Below, in pieces: positions 8,692 to 18,395 of a DNA stretch of 64,000 nucleotides. Both the position numbers and the translations under genes were made by a program. Within the stretch, counting starts at the first letter, position 1, and the number at the start of each line of letters is the position of its first letter. The notes beneath the pieces are model-generated. The model was not told where the DNA came from, did not search any database, and was given only the letters and a program-made list of their open reading frames with translations. The stretch is from Clostridia bacterium. GTDB lineage: Bacteria; Bacillota; Clostridia; Oscillospirales; CAG-272. The DNA is taken from contig JAFUQQ010000012.1 in the NCBI GenBank assembly GCA_017472285.1, positions 2,051 through 66,050 on the forward strand, written 5' to 3'.

Positions 8692-9528
8692 ATGTCCAAT
8701 AACTGGTTAGTTGAAAATCTTCAAAATGCCCTTGAGACATGGAACAGTAAACTCTCCGAAATATGGCGGCTCCTCTCGGAGTCGCCAACCGAATTTAAGG
8801 GCGGTGGCATTTGGAACGTAATGGTGAATATCAACGGCACACTCAAAGCGATTGGTTACGCTTTGCTTGTGCTGTTTTTTCTTGTCGGTATCATGCGTCA
8901 ATTCCATTCGTTCGCGGAAGTCAAACGTCCCGAACAGATCTTCAAGCTATTTCTCCGTTTCGTTCTTGCGAAAGCGGCGGTAACGTGGGGCTTGGAACTG
9001 ATGATGGCGATGTTCAAAATTGCCCAAGGTATTATTGGTAAGATCATGGAAGCATCGGGCATTGGCGGTGGCGGAGGTGCATACCTGCCATCCGATATGA
9101 TCGAAACGATTGAAGAGTGTTCCTTTTGGGAGAGTATTCCGCTTTGGGCGGTAACGCTCATCGGCAGTTTGCTTGTTACGGTCTTGTCATTCATTATGAT
9201 CTTGACGGTATACGGCAGATTTTTTAGGCTCTACATTTATGCCGCGATTGCACCGATTCCGCTTTCGTCCTTTGCGGGAGAAGAAACGGCAAGCATCGGA
9301 AAATCGTTTGTCAAATCCTTTGCGGCAGTATGCTTGGAGGGAACGGTCATCGTTCTGGCGTGTATTATCTACTCGCTCTTTGCGTCCTCGCCGCCTTCGG
9401 TCGATATTACCGCTTCTGCTGTAACGCAGGTTTGGACGTATATCGGAGAGCTTCTTTTCAATATGCTCGTCCTTGTCGGTACGATCAAATTGTCGGATAG
9501 GGTTATCAAGGAAATGATGGGGTTATAA
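8692..9528 (+). CDS. VirB6/TrbL-like T4SS membrane protein (CD1112-like)
   Basis: Multi-TM 278-aa protein with a GGGGG linker. Conserved position between Maff2 and PrgI/VirB4. Confidence 0.65.
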   Translation: MSNNWLVENLQNALETWNSKLSEIWRLLSESPTEFKGGGIWNVMVNINGTLKAIGYALLVLFFLVGIMRQFHSFAEVKRPEQIFKLFLRFVLAKAAVTWGLELMMAMFKIAQGIIGKIMEASGIGGGGGAYLPSDMIETIEECSFWESIPLWAVTLIGSLLVTVLSFIMILTVYGRFFRLYIYAAIAPIPLSSFAGEETASIGKSFVKSFAAVCLEGTVIVLACIIYSLFASSPPSVDITASAVTQVWTYIGELLFNMLVLVGTIKLSDRVIKEMMGL

Positions 9529-9535
9529 AAACCAC

Positions 9536-9564
9536 TTGACAAACCCCATTAAATAGGGTATAAT
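9536..9564 (+). promoter_or_regulatory. consensus sigma-A promoter
   Basis: TTGACA (9536-9541), 17 nt, TATAAT (9559-9564), upstream of the toxin gene at 9594. Confidence 0.7.
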
Positions 9565-9593
9565 ATAAGTGAAATAAAGGATAGGAGATTTGT

Positions 9594-9941
9594 ATGACAC
9601 GTGCGTTTATAGAGTTGCCGTTATTTCGATCTAAATGGAAAGCTTTGGGGCTTGATGATAATGATCTTCGTAGATTGCAGGAAGAAATTCTTGCTGACCC
9701 GAAAATCGGAAGCGTTATGCAGGGTACAGGCGGTATCCGAAAAATGAGATTTGCCTTTGAACATAGAGGTAAAAGCGGAAGTATCCGTGTGATCTATATT
9801 GATTTTGAAGTATATGAGAAAATTTTTCTGATTACTGCATATCCTAAAAATGAAAAGGATAATTTAACGCAATCGGAAAGAAATGAGCTTCGTCAGTTGA
9901 TTGCCATTTTGGAAAAGCAATTGGAAGATAACGATGTCTGA
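9594..9941 (+). CDS. RelE/HigB-like type II toxin
   Basis: IELPLFRSKWKALGLDDNDLRRLQEEILADPKIGSVMQGTGGIRKMRFAFEHRGKSGSIRVIYIDF...FLITAYPKNEKDNLT, a HigB-2/RelE-type pattern. Confidence 0.7.
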   Translation: MTRAFIELPLFRSKWKALGLDDNDLRRLQEEILADPKIGSVMQGTGGIRKMRFAFEHRGKSGSIRVIYIDFEVYEKIFLITAYPKNEKDNLTQSERNELRQLIAILEKQLEDNDV

Positions 9942-9954
9942 AAGGAGTGCTTAT

Positions 9955-10266
9955 ATGGGTATTTTTGATGAAATCAAACTTGGTGTAGAACAGGCAATCG
10001 CCTATGAAAAAGGTGAATTGAAAGCCAAGAAAGTAACGCTCAGCATTGCGCCGGTTGACGTATTTACGCCGAGCGAGATCAAGTCTATTCGCAACAGTAC
10101 GGGACTGACACAGAATTTGTTTGCGAAATATATGGGTGTTTCTGTCAAAACGGTAGAGGCTTGGGAGTCCGGAAGAAATCATCCCGAAGGTGCTGCTTGC
10201 CGTTTGCTTGCTTTGACAAGAAATGATCCTGCATTCCCCGTTAATTCGGGTATCGTGGTACGATAA
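9955..10266 (+). CDS. HTH (XRE) antitoxin partner
   Basis: AAAGGAG RBS then ATG 9955, 14 nt after the toxin stop. SEIKSIRNSTGLTQNLFAKYMGVSVKTVEAWESGRNHPEGAACRLL. Confidence 0.7.
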   Translation: MGIFDEIKLGVEQAIAYEKGELKAKKVTLSIAPVDVFTPSEIKSIRNSTGLTQNLFAKYMGVSVKTVEAWESGRNHPEGAACRLLALTRNDPAFPVNSGIVVR

Positions 10267-10283
10267 ACAAAAATAATAATCGA

Positions 10284-10320
10284 AAGCATCGTGTTTGAAA
10301 TACACGGTGCTTTTCTTTTT
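10284..10320 (+). terminator. rho-independent terminator
   Basis: AAAGCATCGTGT / ACACGGTGCTTT stem (one wobble) followed by a T-rich run. Confidence 0.55.
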
Positions 10321-10331
10321 GAGGAACTATT

Positions 10332-10661
10332 ATGGAAATAAAGATCAATACAGAAATCAAAGATTACAATGAAACCATGTTTTTCGGTCTTTCGGTCAGA
10401 CAATTCATATTTGCACTTTTGGCTTGCGGTGCGGCGGTCGGTATCTATTTCGGATGCCGACCGTTTTTGCATACGGAGATTTTATCATGGCTTTGTATGC
10501 TTGGTGCGGCACCGTTCGCGGCACTTGGCTTTGTAAAATACAACGGCATGACCGCCGAGCAGATCGTGAAAGCATGGGTACGAAGTGAATTTATGATGCC
10601 GAGATATTTGGTTTTTCATGGGACGAATCGGTATTACAATAAGGAGGAAACAAGGAAATGA
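10332..10661 (+). CDS. PrgI-family T4SS membrane protein
   Basis: INTEIKDYNETMFFGLSVRQFIFALLACGAAVGIYF plus a second TM. ATGA overlap with the VirB4 start. Confidence 0.7.
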   Translation: MEIKINTEIKDYNETMFFGLSVRQFIFALLACGAAVGIYFGCRPFLHTEILSWLCMLGAAPFAALGFVKYNGMTAEQIVKAWVRSEFMMPRYLVFHGTNRYYNKEETRK

Positions 10662-12976
10662 ACCTTTTTGGAGGCAAAAAGAAGGTTGTGGAAACGGATA
10701 AAATTCCAACGACCGTAGAGCAGGCGATCCCGATTCAAGAGATTTATGAGGACGGAATCTGCCTTGTCGGACGAAATTTATGGTCAAAGACCTTTCGTTT
10801 CACCGACATCAATTATGAGGTTGCATCGCGTGAGGATAAGGAAAAAATGTTTCTCGGATATTCCGAGATTTTGAATAGCTTTGACAGCGGTGCGACAACG
10901 AAAATTACCGTCAGCAATCGTAGAATCCTCAGAAGCAATTTTGAAAAGAACAATATGCTTCGGGAAATGGGGGATTCTCTCGATGGCTTGCGGTATGAAT
11001 ACAACATGATCTTGGAACGCAACGTCAATCTTTCGACGGGCGTTTCGCAAGAGAAATATATGACGGTTACGGTGGAAAAACAGACGCTTGAAGAAGCAAG
11101 ACAGTATTTTAACCGTATCTGTGCGGAATTTACAGCACTTTTTTCGACTCTTGGTTCGGTATTTGAAGAAGTGCGCGAGGTAGAAAAACTCCGCATTTTC
11201 TTTGACTTTTTCCATCATGGAGAGGAAGAAGATTTTTGCTATGACCGATGCCTTACCGAGAAAAGAGGACACAGCTTCAAAGATGCGATTGCACCGCAGT
11301 CGATGGAATTTAGAAGCGATCATTTCAAAATTGAGGGTAGATACGGACGTGTTTTGTATCTCAAAGACTATGCGAATTTCATCAAGGACAGCTTTATCGC
11401 GGAACTGACGGGCATTGACCGCCATCTGATGTTATCCATTGACGCAGATCCCATTCCGATTGAAACGGCGATTCGTCAAAGCGAAAACAAACTTCTGTCT
11501 GTTGAAACGAATATATCGAATTGGCAGAGAAAGCAGAATCAGAACAACAATTTCTCTGCGGCGATTCCCTATGACATGGAACGTCAGCGAACGGAGAGCA
11601 GGGAATTTCTCAATGACCTTGTGGCGCGAGATCAACGTATGATTCCAGCGCTCATTACCATCGTTCATACTGCCGACACGAAAGAAGCGCTTGATGCGGA
11701 TACCGAACGCATTCGCTCCTGTGCGAGAAAGCATTTATGTGGGCTGACAATTCTCCGATGGCAGCAGCTTGAAGGTCTGAATAGTTGCTTGCCTTATGGT
11801 TGCAGAAAACTTGGTATTCGCAGAACGCTGACAACGGAATCTCTTGCGGTGTTTATGCCGTTTCGCGTACAGGAAATTTGTCATAGCAAGGGTATCTATC
11901 TTGGCAACAATGCGATTTCCAAGAATCCGATTATCGTAAATCGTTCGGAACTTCTGAACGGCAATTCCTTTATTCTCGGTGTTTCGGGTTCGGGGAAGTC
12001 TATGCTTGCCAAGCAAGAGCTTGTGAATATCTATCTTTCCGATCCGAACGCAGATATTTTCGTAATCGATCCCGAAAGGGAAATGACGGAGATCGTGAAC
12101 ACCTTGGGCGGAGAAAATATCAAGCTTTCTGCCGCAAGTGAGAATCACATCAATGCTTTGGATATGAGCCGAGATTACGGGGATGGAGAAAATCCGTTGA
12201 TTCTCAAAAGCGAATTTATGCTTTCCCTTTGCCGTGATATTGTCGGCAACTTGGGTGCGAAAGAAAAATCGATCATTGACCGTTGCACTTCGATTGTGTA
12301 TCGGGACTATTTGCTTCACGGTTGCGTCGGAGAAGCACCGACGATGAAAGCCTTTTATGATACACTTCTCATGCAAGATGAACTTGAAGCAAAGGAATTG
12401 GCACTTGCCTTGGAACTATATATCAACGGCAATCTGAACATTTTCGCAAAGCCAACGAATGTAAATCTGCAAAGCCGTTTGGTTTGCTATGACATTCATG
12501 GACTTGGCGAGGAATTGATGTCCCCGTCTATGCGAATCGTTCTTGACAGCATCTATAACCGCGTGACCAGCAATAAAGCGAAAGGAAGAAAAACGTATAT
12601 TTTCATTGATGAGATATACATTCTTTTCGCGCATGAGCATTCTGCACAGTTTTTGCATAAGCTTTGGCGCAGAGTACGAAAAGCCGGCGGTTATGTAATC
12701 GGTGTTACGCAGAATGTCGAAGATTTGCTTGATAGTCCGACCGCAAAGTTTATGCTTGCAAACTCCGAGTATGTAATTATGCTCAATCAAGCGGCAACTG
12801 ACCGTATGCGCCTTGCGGAAGTGATGAAGATTTCCGAATCGCAGATGGCGTATTTTACGAATACGGAAGCGGGACACGGACTTGCAAAGATCGGCGGTGC
12901 GTTTGTGCCTTTTGTCAACTGTCTGCCGAAAGATACAGAACTTTACCGCATGATGACAACGAAATTTGGTGAGTAA
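10658..12976 (+). CDS. virB4: VirB4-type conjugal transfer ATPase (CD1110-like)
   Basis: 772 aa. Walker A ILGVSGSGKSMLAK, Walker B-like TYIFIDEIYILF, GVTQNVEDLL. Confidence 0.9.
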   Translation: MNLFGGKKKVVETDKIPTTVEQAIPIQEIYEDGICLVGRNLWSKTFRFTDINYEVASREDKEKMFLGYSEILNSFDSGATTKITVSNRRILRSNFEKNNMLREMGDSLDGLRYEYNMILERNVNLSTGVSQEKYMTVTVEKQTLEEARQYFNRICAEFTALFSTLGSVFEEVREVEKLRIFFDFFHHGEEEDFCYDRCLTEKRGHSFKDAIAPQSMEFRSDHFKIEGRYGRVLYLKDYANFIKDSFIAELTGIDRHLMLSIDADPIPIETAIRQSENKLLSVETNISNWQRKQNQNNNFSAAIPYDMERQRTESREFLNDLVARDQRMIPALITIVHTADTKEALDADTERIRSCARKHLCGLTILRWQQLEGLNSCLPYGCRKLGIRRTLTTESLAVFMPFRVQEICHSKGIYLGNNAISKNPIIVNRSELLNGNSFILGVSGSGKSMLAKQELVNIYLSDPNADIFVIDPEREMTEIVNTLGGENIKLSAASENHINALDMSRDYGDGENPLILKSEFMLSLCRDIVGNLGAKEKSIIDRCTSIVYRDYLLHGCVGEAPTMKAFYDTLLMQDELEAKELALALELYINGNLNIFAKPTNVNLQSRLVCYDIHGLGEELMSPSMRIVLDSIYNRVTSNKAKGRKTYIFIDEIYILFAHEHSAQFLHKLWRRVRKAGGYVIGVTQNVEDLLDSPTAKFMLANSEYVIMLNQAATDRMRLAEVMKISESQMAYFTNTEAGHGLAKIGGAFVPFVNCLPKDTELYRMMTTKFGE

Positions 12977-13026
12977 AAAGAAACGGGCTGCAACCATCGT
13001 TGCGGCCCATTTCATTTGGAGGGGTT

Positions 13027-14073
13027 ATGAAGATTAAGACGAGAGAATCCTTGCGGGATATACGGGTATTTGATAAAACAAAAGATTTATCCGAGAGAAC
13101 AAGAAGCGGTATTGGTGAGTTTTCAAAAAACACAGAATCCTCACAGAGCAGTTCTGCAAATGATTATGCAAGTAATTTTGTAAGTGAGAAAGCCGAGCGT
13201 ATCGGAAAAAGCAGTACGTATGCCGCTGATCGTGCAGGACAAATGGGTGTGCGCGAAACACAGAAAAATATATCGAATCTGAAAAATCGTCCTCATAAGG
13301 TCAAGAAACCAAAAACCAAGGCGAATGTTCCCAAACGCTTGAAATCGGCAGGGAAGAATACGGTGAAGACTTCTGAAAGAATAAAGCAAACGGTTAAGAG
13401 ATTATCCAAAGGCGTGGTAAAAGCGGCGAAAGCTGTGGTGTCGGCGATAAAAGTCATGATTGCCTCAACTAAAAGTATTGTTGCCGCTATTGTCGCGGGC
13501 GGTTGGGTTGCTGTTGTGGTCATTCTTGTTATTTGTCTTGTGGCGGCGATTGCAGGTTCTGTTTATGCAATCTTTCTTCCTCCGGCAGGGGATAGCGGTA
13601 TGACGTTGCAAAACGCAGTACGCATGATTGAAAATGAATACTACGAAACGCGCGATGAGATGATTTCGGGATATGACTACGATGTAATTCATTACAACAG
13701 CGAGCTTGCAACGTGGAAAGAAATGATTGCCTTTTATGCGGTGAAACTGAATCTTGATACAGAAAACCCGACGGAGCTTGCGACATTTAACGAAGAAAAA
13801 GCCGATGAGCTTCAGCAAGTGTTTTGGGATATGAACCGTATTCAGATTCATACCGAAGCGGTAGATGAGGTCAGAAGCACAACTTTTATCGATGAATATG
13901 GGAATGTTTCAACGGTCGAAACGGTGGTTGAAGTTGTGCATTTGTATGTCAATACAGAGATTACAAGTATAGTGAATTTATGTGAAATATATGGTTTCAC
14001 CGAGGTTCAACGTGAGATGCTGGCGGAACTTATGAGTGATGAGAATGATTTGATGTGGGAACCCTCACATTAA
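13027..14073 (+). CDS. T4SS-associated membrane protein, apparently the N-terminal part of a CD1108-like cell-wall hydrolase (truncated)
   Basis: GGAGGGG RBS then ATG 13027. Basic N-terminus, one TM ([25 protein letters not shown]), then a short domain. The ORF stops exactly where the AT-rich island begins, and no hydrolase domain is present. Confidence 0.45.
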   Translation: MKIKTRESLRDIRVFDKTKDLSERTRSGIGEFSKNTESSQSSSANDYASNFVSEKAERIGKSSTYAADRAGQMGVRETQKNISNLKNRPHKVKKPKTKANVPKRLKSAGKNTVKTSERIKQTVKRLSKGVVKAAKAVVSAIKVMIASTKSIVAAIVAGGWVAVVVILVICLVAAIAGSVYAIFLPPAGDSGMTLQNAVRMIENEYYETRDEMISGYDYDVIHYNSELATWKEMIAFYAVKLNLDTENPTELATFNEEKADELQQVFWDMNRIQIHTEAVDEVRSTTFIDEYGNVSTVETVVEVVHLYVNTEITSIVNLCEIYGFTEVQREMLAELMSDENDLMWEPSH

Positions 14074-14108
14074 ATAACTGTGGAATATTTCAAAAAGTCG
14101 AAAAAGGT

Positions 14109-14135
14109 TGTAACTTTTTTCAACTTTTTTCGTTA
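14109..14135 (+). promoter_or_regulatory. ECF-type promoter-like motif, copy 1 (also part of an A/T hairpin + T-tract)
   Basis: TGTAAC (14109-14114), 16 nt, CGTTA (14131-14135). A near-identical ~55-nt block recurs at 17672-17727. Confidence 0.45.
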
Positions 14136-14205
14136 TATAACAACATCATGAAAATTACGGTCGTATAATGTGTTTTTAGATTAAAAAATAATAAGGAGAA
14201 AAAGA

Positions 14206-15282
14206 ATGAAATATTTAGGTTTGCTAATTTCAATTCTTGTCATTGTTGCTGTTTTGGCCATCTTTAAAATGATGACATTAATTGTAAGATATCGTCATAA
14301 TATCTCATTATGGTGGAAAAGATATTCAATATGGAAATTTATTGTAAATGTTTTTCTTCCGTTTGCAATTCCGTTTGTTATCACAATTGTTGTAACTATA
14401 TCCGGCGGAGATGATTATAAACCCTTTAAACCACCATTTTTATTTTTATGTGCAATGTGTGTGTTTGCGATTGTAAATTTGTGTTTCCAGTTGCGATTTT
14501 GGATCAAAGAGCATAAAGAAAGGAAACTTGAATGGAAATACCAAGCTTCACATCATGCTTATTATAGCTTATATGATGTTATTAAAGAAAAGAATATCCA
14601 ATATGGAATCAAATCTATTGAGATAAAAAACGGATATATTCCAGAAAAAATGATTCCGTATAATGTTTTTGATCAAATTCGAAGAATATGCTCTGCATTT
14701 CGTCATGCAGTGGCACATATTACAGGTATTGATACAATTCATATTACTGTATCATTTATTTACCATTATACATACGAGGATACAACGAAAGATGATCGTA
14801 ATTGGCGCTGGATTATGGGTAAAGATTCAGGATTTGACATTTCTCTGAAAGATTTTACGAAACGAGATGAATCTATGTATCACTACTTGATAAATAATAA
14901 CTCAGCGATGGCTTTTTATAATGATAAAAAAGATGCTGCGGAAGACTGTAAATATTATTTTTCGTACAAGGATCGTTTACATAATAATGAAGGTTCTTTA
15001 TTTGCTTCCAAAGTATCCTTTGCCAATAATCTTGGCACATGTTGTGAGGGAATTCTCATGATAACAACATACGGTCAGAAATTTGTAGAATCAAATTCAG
15101 AACATACACCGGATGAATTTAAAAAATTACTATTAGATGAGATATTTCCTTGTTATAAAAATCTTTTGAAGATAGAATTAGGAATGCTATATTTTAGACA
15201 CAAGACAGATAGACATCATTATTCTATAAAAACAATACAAAAAATTATTTCTGATAAAACGAAGAAAGATAATGAAGTGTAG
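14206..15282 (+). CDS. membrane protein of unknown function (N-terminal TM helices + ~230-aa soluble domain)
   Basis: AAGGAGAAAAAG RBS before the ATG. Hydrophobic segments LLISILVIVAVLAIF, IVNVFLPFAIPFVITIVVTI and FLFLCAMCVFAIVNLCF. No recognisable motif in the C-terminal domain. Confidence 0.55.
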   Translation: MKYLGLLISILVIVAVLAIFKMMTLIVRYRHNISLWWKRYSIWKFIVNVFLPFAIPFVITIVVTISGGDDYKPFKPPFLFLCAMCVFAIVNLCFQLRFWIKEHKERKLEWKYQASHHAYYSLYDVIKEKNIQYGIKSIEIKNGYIPEKMIPYNVFDQIRRICSAFRHAVAHITGIDTIHITVSFIYHYTYEDTTKDDRNWRWIMGKDSGFDISLKDFTKRDESMYHYLINNNSAMAFYNDKKDAAEDCKYYFSYKDRLHNNEGSLFASKVSFANNLGTCCEGILMITTYGQKFVESNSEHTPDEFKKLLLDEIFPCYKNLLKIELGMLYFRHKTDRHHYSIKTIQKIISDKTKKDNEV

Positions 15283-15371
15283 TTTCCTATGGATATAGTT
15301 TTTATATTGGCTGCTTGTAATAAATATTTTCGAAAACGTTCTTGAAGATATTGTATTAGGTTGTGACGAAA

Positions 15372-15410
15372 ACAGTCCCTTTTCATTTAGATTGGAAAGG
15401 GACTGTTTTT
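15372..15410. terminator. bidirectional terminator between convergent genes
   Basis: ACAGTCCCTTT / AAAGGGACTGT 11-bp stem, flanked by A-run and T-run. Confidence 0.75.
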
Positions 15411-15729
15411 ATAAATCAGGCTTACTGATATGTTCCAAAAGATCCATAAGCATTTTTATGGTAATACTGTCAGTGTGGCGAACATATTTTAGGAGTTCGT
15501 TTTCAAGCACAGGATTTTCGACACCATCATCGAAAAAATCTTTAGGTGTGATTTCAAAGTATTCGCAAATATAAAGAAATTCTTTCATGGAAGGAAGCGA
15601 TTTGCCTGATGTAATACCTCTAATATAGCTATCACCATGTCCCAATTCGTGACTCAATTTATATTCGGAAATGTTTTTTTGAAGTCGAAGTTGAGTAATT
15701 CTTTTTCGAATATATTCATCGTATTGCAT
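15409..15729 (-). CDS. XRE-family HTH regulator
   Basis: IRKRITQLRLQKNISEYKLSHELGHGDSYIRGITSGKSLPSMKEFLYICEYFEITPKDFF. Confidence 0.75.
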   Translation of the reverse strand: MQYDEYIRKRITQLRLQKNISEYKLSHELGHGDSYIRGITSGKSLPSMKEFLYICEYFEITPKDFFDDGVENPVLENELLKYVRHTDSITIKMLMDLLEHISKPDL

Positions 15730-15802
15730 ATTAATCCCTCCTTCTACCTATATTATACAATAAATATTTATTAAAATATGGTGATTAATAAACCATAAGC
15801 TA

Positions 15803-15831
15803 TTGACTTATAGCGAATAAAAAACTATAAT
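15803..15831 (+). promoter_or_regulatory. sigma-A type promoter for the 15883-17655 operon
   Basis: TTGACT (15803-15808), 17 nt, TATAAT (15826-15831). Confidence 0.55.
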
Positions 15832-15882
15832 TATGGTGTGATATGGTTTTCTATAATCTAATATGTAAGAAAGGCAGTTTTT

Positions 15883-16269
15883 ATGAAATATAGATTTGAC
15901 TATTCAAATGAATTGCAAAAGGATATTCTCTTTTTTAATGATGCAAAAGTAGAACAGATTAAAGATAAAAGTGTTATTGATAAATTAAATCTTATTTCAA
16001 CTCTTATACAATCATTAACGAACCGATCAAATGCGCAACTGTTATATAATTGGAATTCAATTGCAAGGGTTAGGGGTGATATAATTGAGTATGAAAAAAA
16101 TGATTTATATTTGATTATTAGATACTATTTTAATGAATTTCAATCTTTTTTGAAAAACGATAGTTTATTATGTTCTGTAATAGATGATTCCGTATTGCTT
16201 TGTGATTATCTTAATATAAGAAATATTGAAAACTATATAGTGATAGAAATATTCTTGAAATTAGATTGA
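15883..16269 (+). CDS. hypothetical protein
   Basis: 128-aa ORF, AT-rich codon usage consistent with neighbours. The stop overlaps the next ORF. No motif recognised. Confidence 0.4.
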   Translation: MKYRFDYSNELQKDILFFNDAKVEQIKDKSVIDKLNLISTLIQSLTNRSNAQLLYNWNSIARVRGDIIEYEKNDLYLIIRYYFNEFQSFLKNDSLLCSVIDDSVLLCDYLNIRNIENYIVIEIFLKLD

Positions 16270-16346
16270 TTTTTTCTAAGGTCTATGTTATAGTGAAATT
16301 GTTTGAAGCAAGAGAAAATATTCGTTCAAATAAAAAGGGGGAGGCC

Positions 16347-16964
16347 ATGTTACCGATTATTCTCGCTATCAACAATGAGGATGATAGAAATTTTGTGGAA
16401 AAAATCTATGTTCAATATGGGAAAAAGATATACAAGGTGGCATTTAAGGTTTTAAATAATTCTGAAGATGCGGAGGATTGTTTGCATGATGTGATCAAGA
16501 TTATCATTGACCATTTAGATGTATTTCAATCTGCAGACGGGGAACGCTTTATTAAATTACTTGTCACTTGTACTCGTAACGCAGCACTCGATATTTATCG
16601 CAAAAATAAAATTAAACATATCAATGAGAGAAAACATAAACCATATACCAATGATGAAATGGATGCTGATAATGATAATAATCATGATGTTGATATTGAA
16701 AATGTTCCAGATGAGAATATGTTTTCCGATTTGATTTTGATTAATGAAGAAAGTCGCAAACGGATTTCGGAAATGATAGAGGAATTAGACCCTATTTATA
16801 GAGACGTCTTATATTTGCGCTATCAATATTCGATGAAAAATCAAGATATTGCTAAATTATTGAAAGTGTCGGAAAGTGTTGTAAAGGTTAGATATCATAG
16901 AGCTAAAAAGCTATTATTGCAGAAAAGGGGGAAGGAACTCAATGAAATGCGAAAGAATGGATAA
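16347..16964 (+). CDS. sigma-70 family (ECF-like) RNA polymerase sigma factor
   Basis: GGGGGAGG RBS then ATG 16347. Region 2-like EDAEDCLHDVIKIIIDH...TRNAALDIYRK, region 4 HTH YRDVLYLRYQYSMKNQDIAKLLKVSESVVKVRYHRAKKLL. Confidence 0.8.
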   Translation: MLPIILAINNEDDRNFVEKIYVQYGKKIYKVAFKVLNNSEDAEDCLHDVIKIIIDHLDVFQSADGERFIKLLVTCTRNAALDIYRKNKIKHINERKHKPYTNDEMDADNDNNHDVDIENVPDENMFSDLILINEESRKRISEMIEELDPIYRDVLYLRYQYSMKNQDIAKLLKVSESVVKVRYHRAKKLLLQKRGKELNEMRKNG

Positions 16965-17655
16965 GTATGACTATTTGATTGCACTGTCAACCTTGGATGC
17001 AAAAGATGATGATGTGAAGATGTTTATGGAACTTGATGATTCTGATGTGGTGCTTAGCGATCATATTACGGATAAAATCGAGAAGCTGATTCGTAGAGAA
17101 TCTGCATACAAAACTACCGGTTTTGTCCAATTTAAGCGAATTTTGTCAAAAGTTGCAATTATAACACTGGTTGTAATTTCTATCATGTTCACAGCAATGA
17201 TGAGTGTTTCTGCCATCAGATCTGCTATTTGGGAAATTATTACAGAATGGTATGAAGAATATATTGCAGTGGGCTATGTTCCCGAAGAGGGATTTGAAGT
17301 TGTTGAACCTCCTAGTATGATTGAAGAAATTCGCAAACCGACACTTTTGCCGCTTGGGGCGGAAGAAGAGGTAGGAATAAATTTAAAATCTGCGTTTACT
17401 TGTGATTATTATATAGGTGATCGTTGCTATGTTTCATTTAGCCAAAGCTTGCTTACAAGTGATGTTGGAATGTTAGATGGTGATGATGCTACGATGACGG
17501 AAATCATGGTAGGTGAGTATAAGGCATGGCTTTTTACTTATGAGAAGGAAGGATACATATATATATTATGGAATGATACGAAATATTCATACCAAATTTC
17601 TAGTACAGTTTTGAGTGTTAATGAATTAGCTCTAATTGCAGAAAGTATAAAATAA
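16942..17655 (+). CDS. anti-sigma factor-like membrane protein (DUF4367-like C-terminus)
   Basis: Overlaps the sigma gene end. Single TM (VAIITLVVISIMFTAMMSV). C-terminal ...YSYQISSTVLSVNELALIAESIK, typical of DUF4367 anti-sigma partners. Confidence 0.6.
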   Translation: MKCERMDKYDYLIALSTLDAKDDDVKMFMELDDSDVVLSDHITDKIEKLIRRESAYKTTGFVQFKRILSKVAIITLVVISIMFTAMMSVSAIRSAIWEIITEWYEEYIAVGYVPEEGFEVVEPPSMIEEIRKPTLLPLGAEEEVGINLKSAFTCDYYIGDRCYVSFSQSLLTSDVGMLDGDDATMTEIMVGEYKAWLFTYEKEGYIYILWNDTKYSYQISSTVLSVNELALIAESIK

Positions 17656-17690
17656 AAAAATTTATAAAATTTCAAAAAATCCGAAAAAGT

Positions 17691-17717
17691 TGTAACTTTT
17701 TTCGGATTTTTTCGTTA
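17691..17717 (+). promoter_or_regulatory. ECF-type promoter-like motif, copy 2 (also a terminator-like hairpin)
   Basis: TGTAAC (17691-17696), 16 nt, CGTTA (17713-17717). TCCGAAAAAG/CTTTTTTCGGA stem plus T-run. Confidence 0.45.
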
Positions 17718-17752
17718 TATAGCAATATCAAATAATGATTGGGGGATTTCTT

Positions 17753-18163
17753 ATGAAAAAAACTTTGGTAATTATCATTTCTGTAGTATGCGTGTTTATT
17801 TGGGCTGTATTACCCTGTTACGCAGTAAGTTTAACGAATATCGTGCCGAGGTGGAATAATGTAGGTGGTGTCAATACTTCATTAGTTTTTTACGAAAATG
17901 TTGGTGAAGCGGTGGCGTATGTAACTAAAGGTGAGTCTGTAACCACTTTGGAAGGAACAATTACTATCTATAAATTTCAGAATAACGAATGGATATATGA
18001 GGATTCTATTTCAAAGAGTACTACTCGTGCTACATTAAATATGGCAATGGAATTCGAGGGGACAAGCGGTTTGGAATATAGAATGGACTTTGTTGTAATA
18101 GCGTATAGCGGAACAACTGTAATTGAGGAGATTACAGATGTAGAGTATGCCACATGTCCTTAA
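17753..18163 (+). CDS. small secreted protein (signal peptide)
   Basis: GGGGGA RBS then ATG 17753. MKKTLVIIISVVCVFIWAVLPCYA signal-like N-terminus. Confidence 0.55.
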   Translation: MKKTLVIIISVVCVFIWAVLPCYAVSLTNIVPRWNNVGGVNTSLVFYENVGEAVAYVTKGESVTTLEGTITIYKFQNNEWIYEDSISKSTTRATLNMAMEFEGTSGLEYRMDFVVIAYSGTTVIEEITDVEYATCP

Positions 18164-18395
18164 TGAATGATATAGTGATTTTAAGAATGTGAATAAGCTA
18201 TAATATTTTCGAAAGAATATTTGTGACTATTAATATGGTACCCTATTATAAGGATTTAGTTGTAACGAAGTACCGGTGGGGATGGATAGGGGCTCGTGGA
18301 TGTACTGTGTGTTATGTTGGCACTAAAAAGAATTGTATCCGCATCATGGTGTCGTGTATACGTTCAAACTTTAAGATATTAAATTTTGGTGATGT

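Noticed and set aside
10784-13015. Three long minus-strand ORFs (213, 213 and 199 aa) inside the VirB4 region
   Set aside because: These are shadow ORFs antisense to a motif-rich, well-supported + strand ATPase gene.
18255-18290. Third TGTAAC box (18261-18266) upstream of the M16 gene as an ECF promoter
   Set aside because: The sequence 16-17 nt downstream is TGGAT rather than CGT(T/A). The flanking conserved block of the two bona fide copies is also absent.
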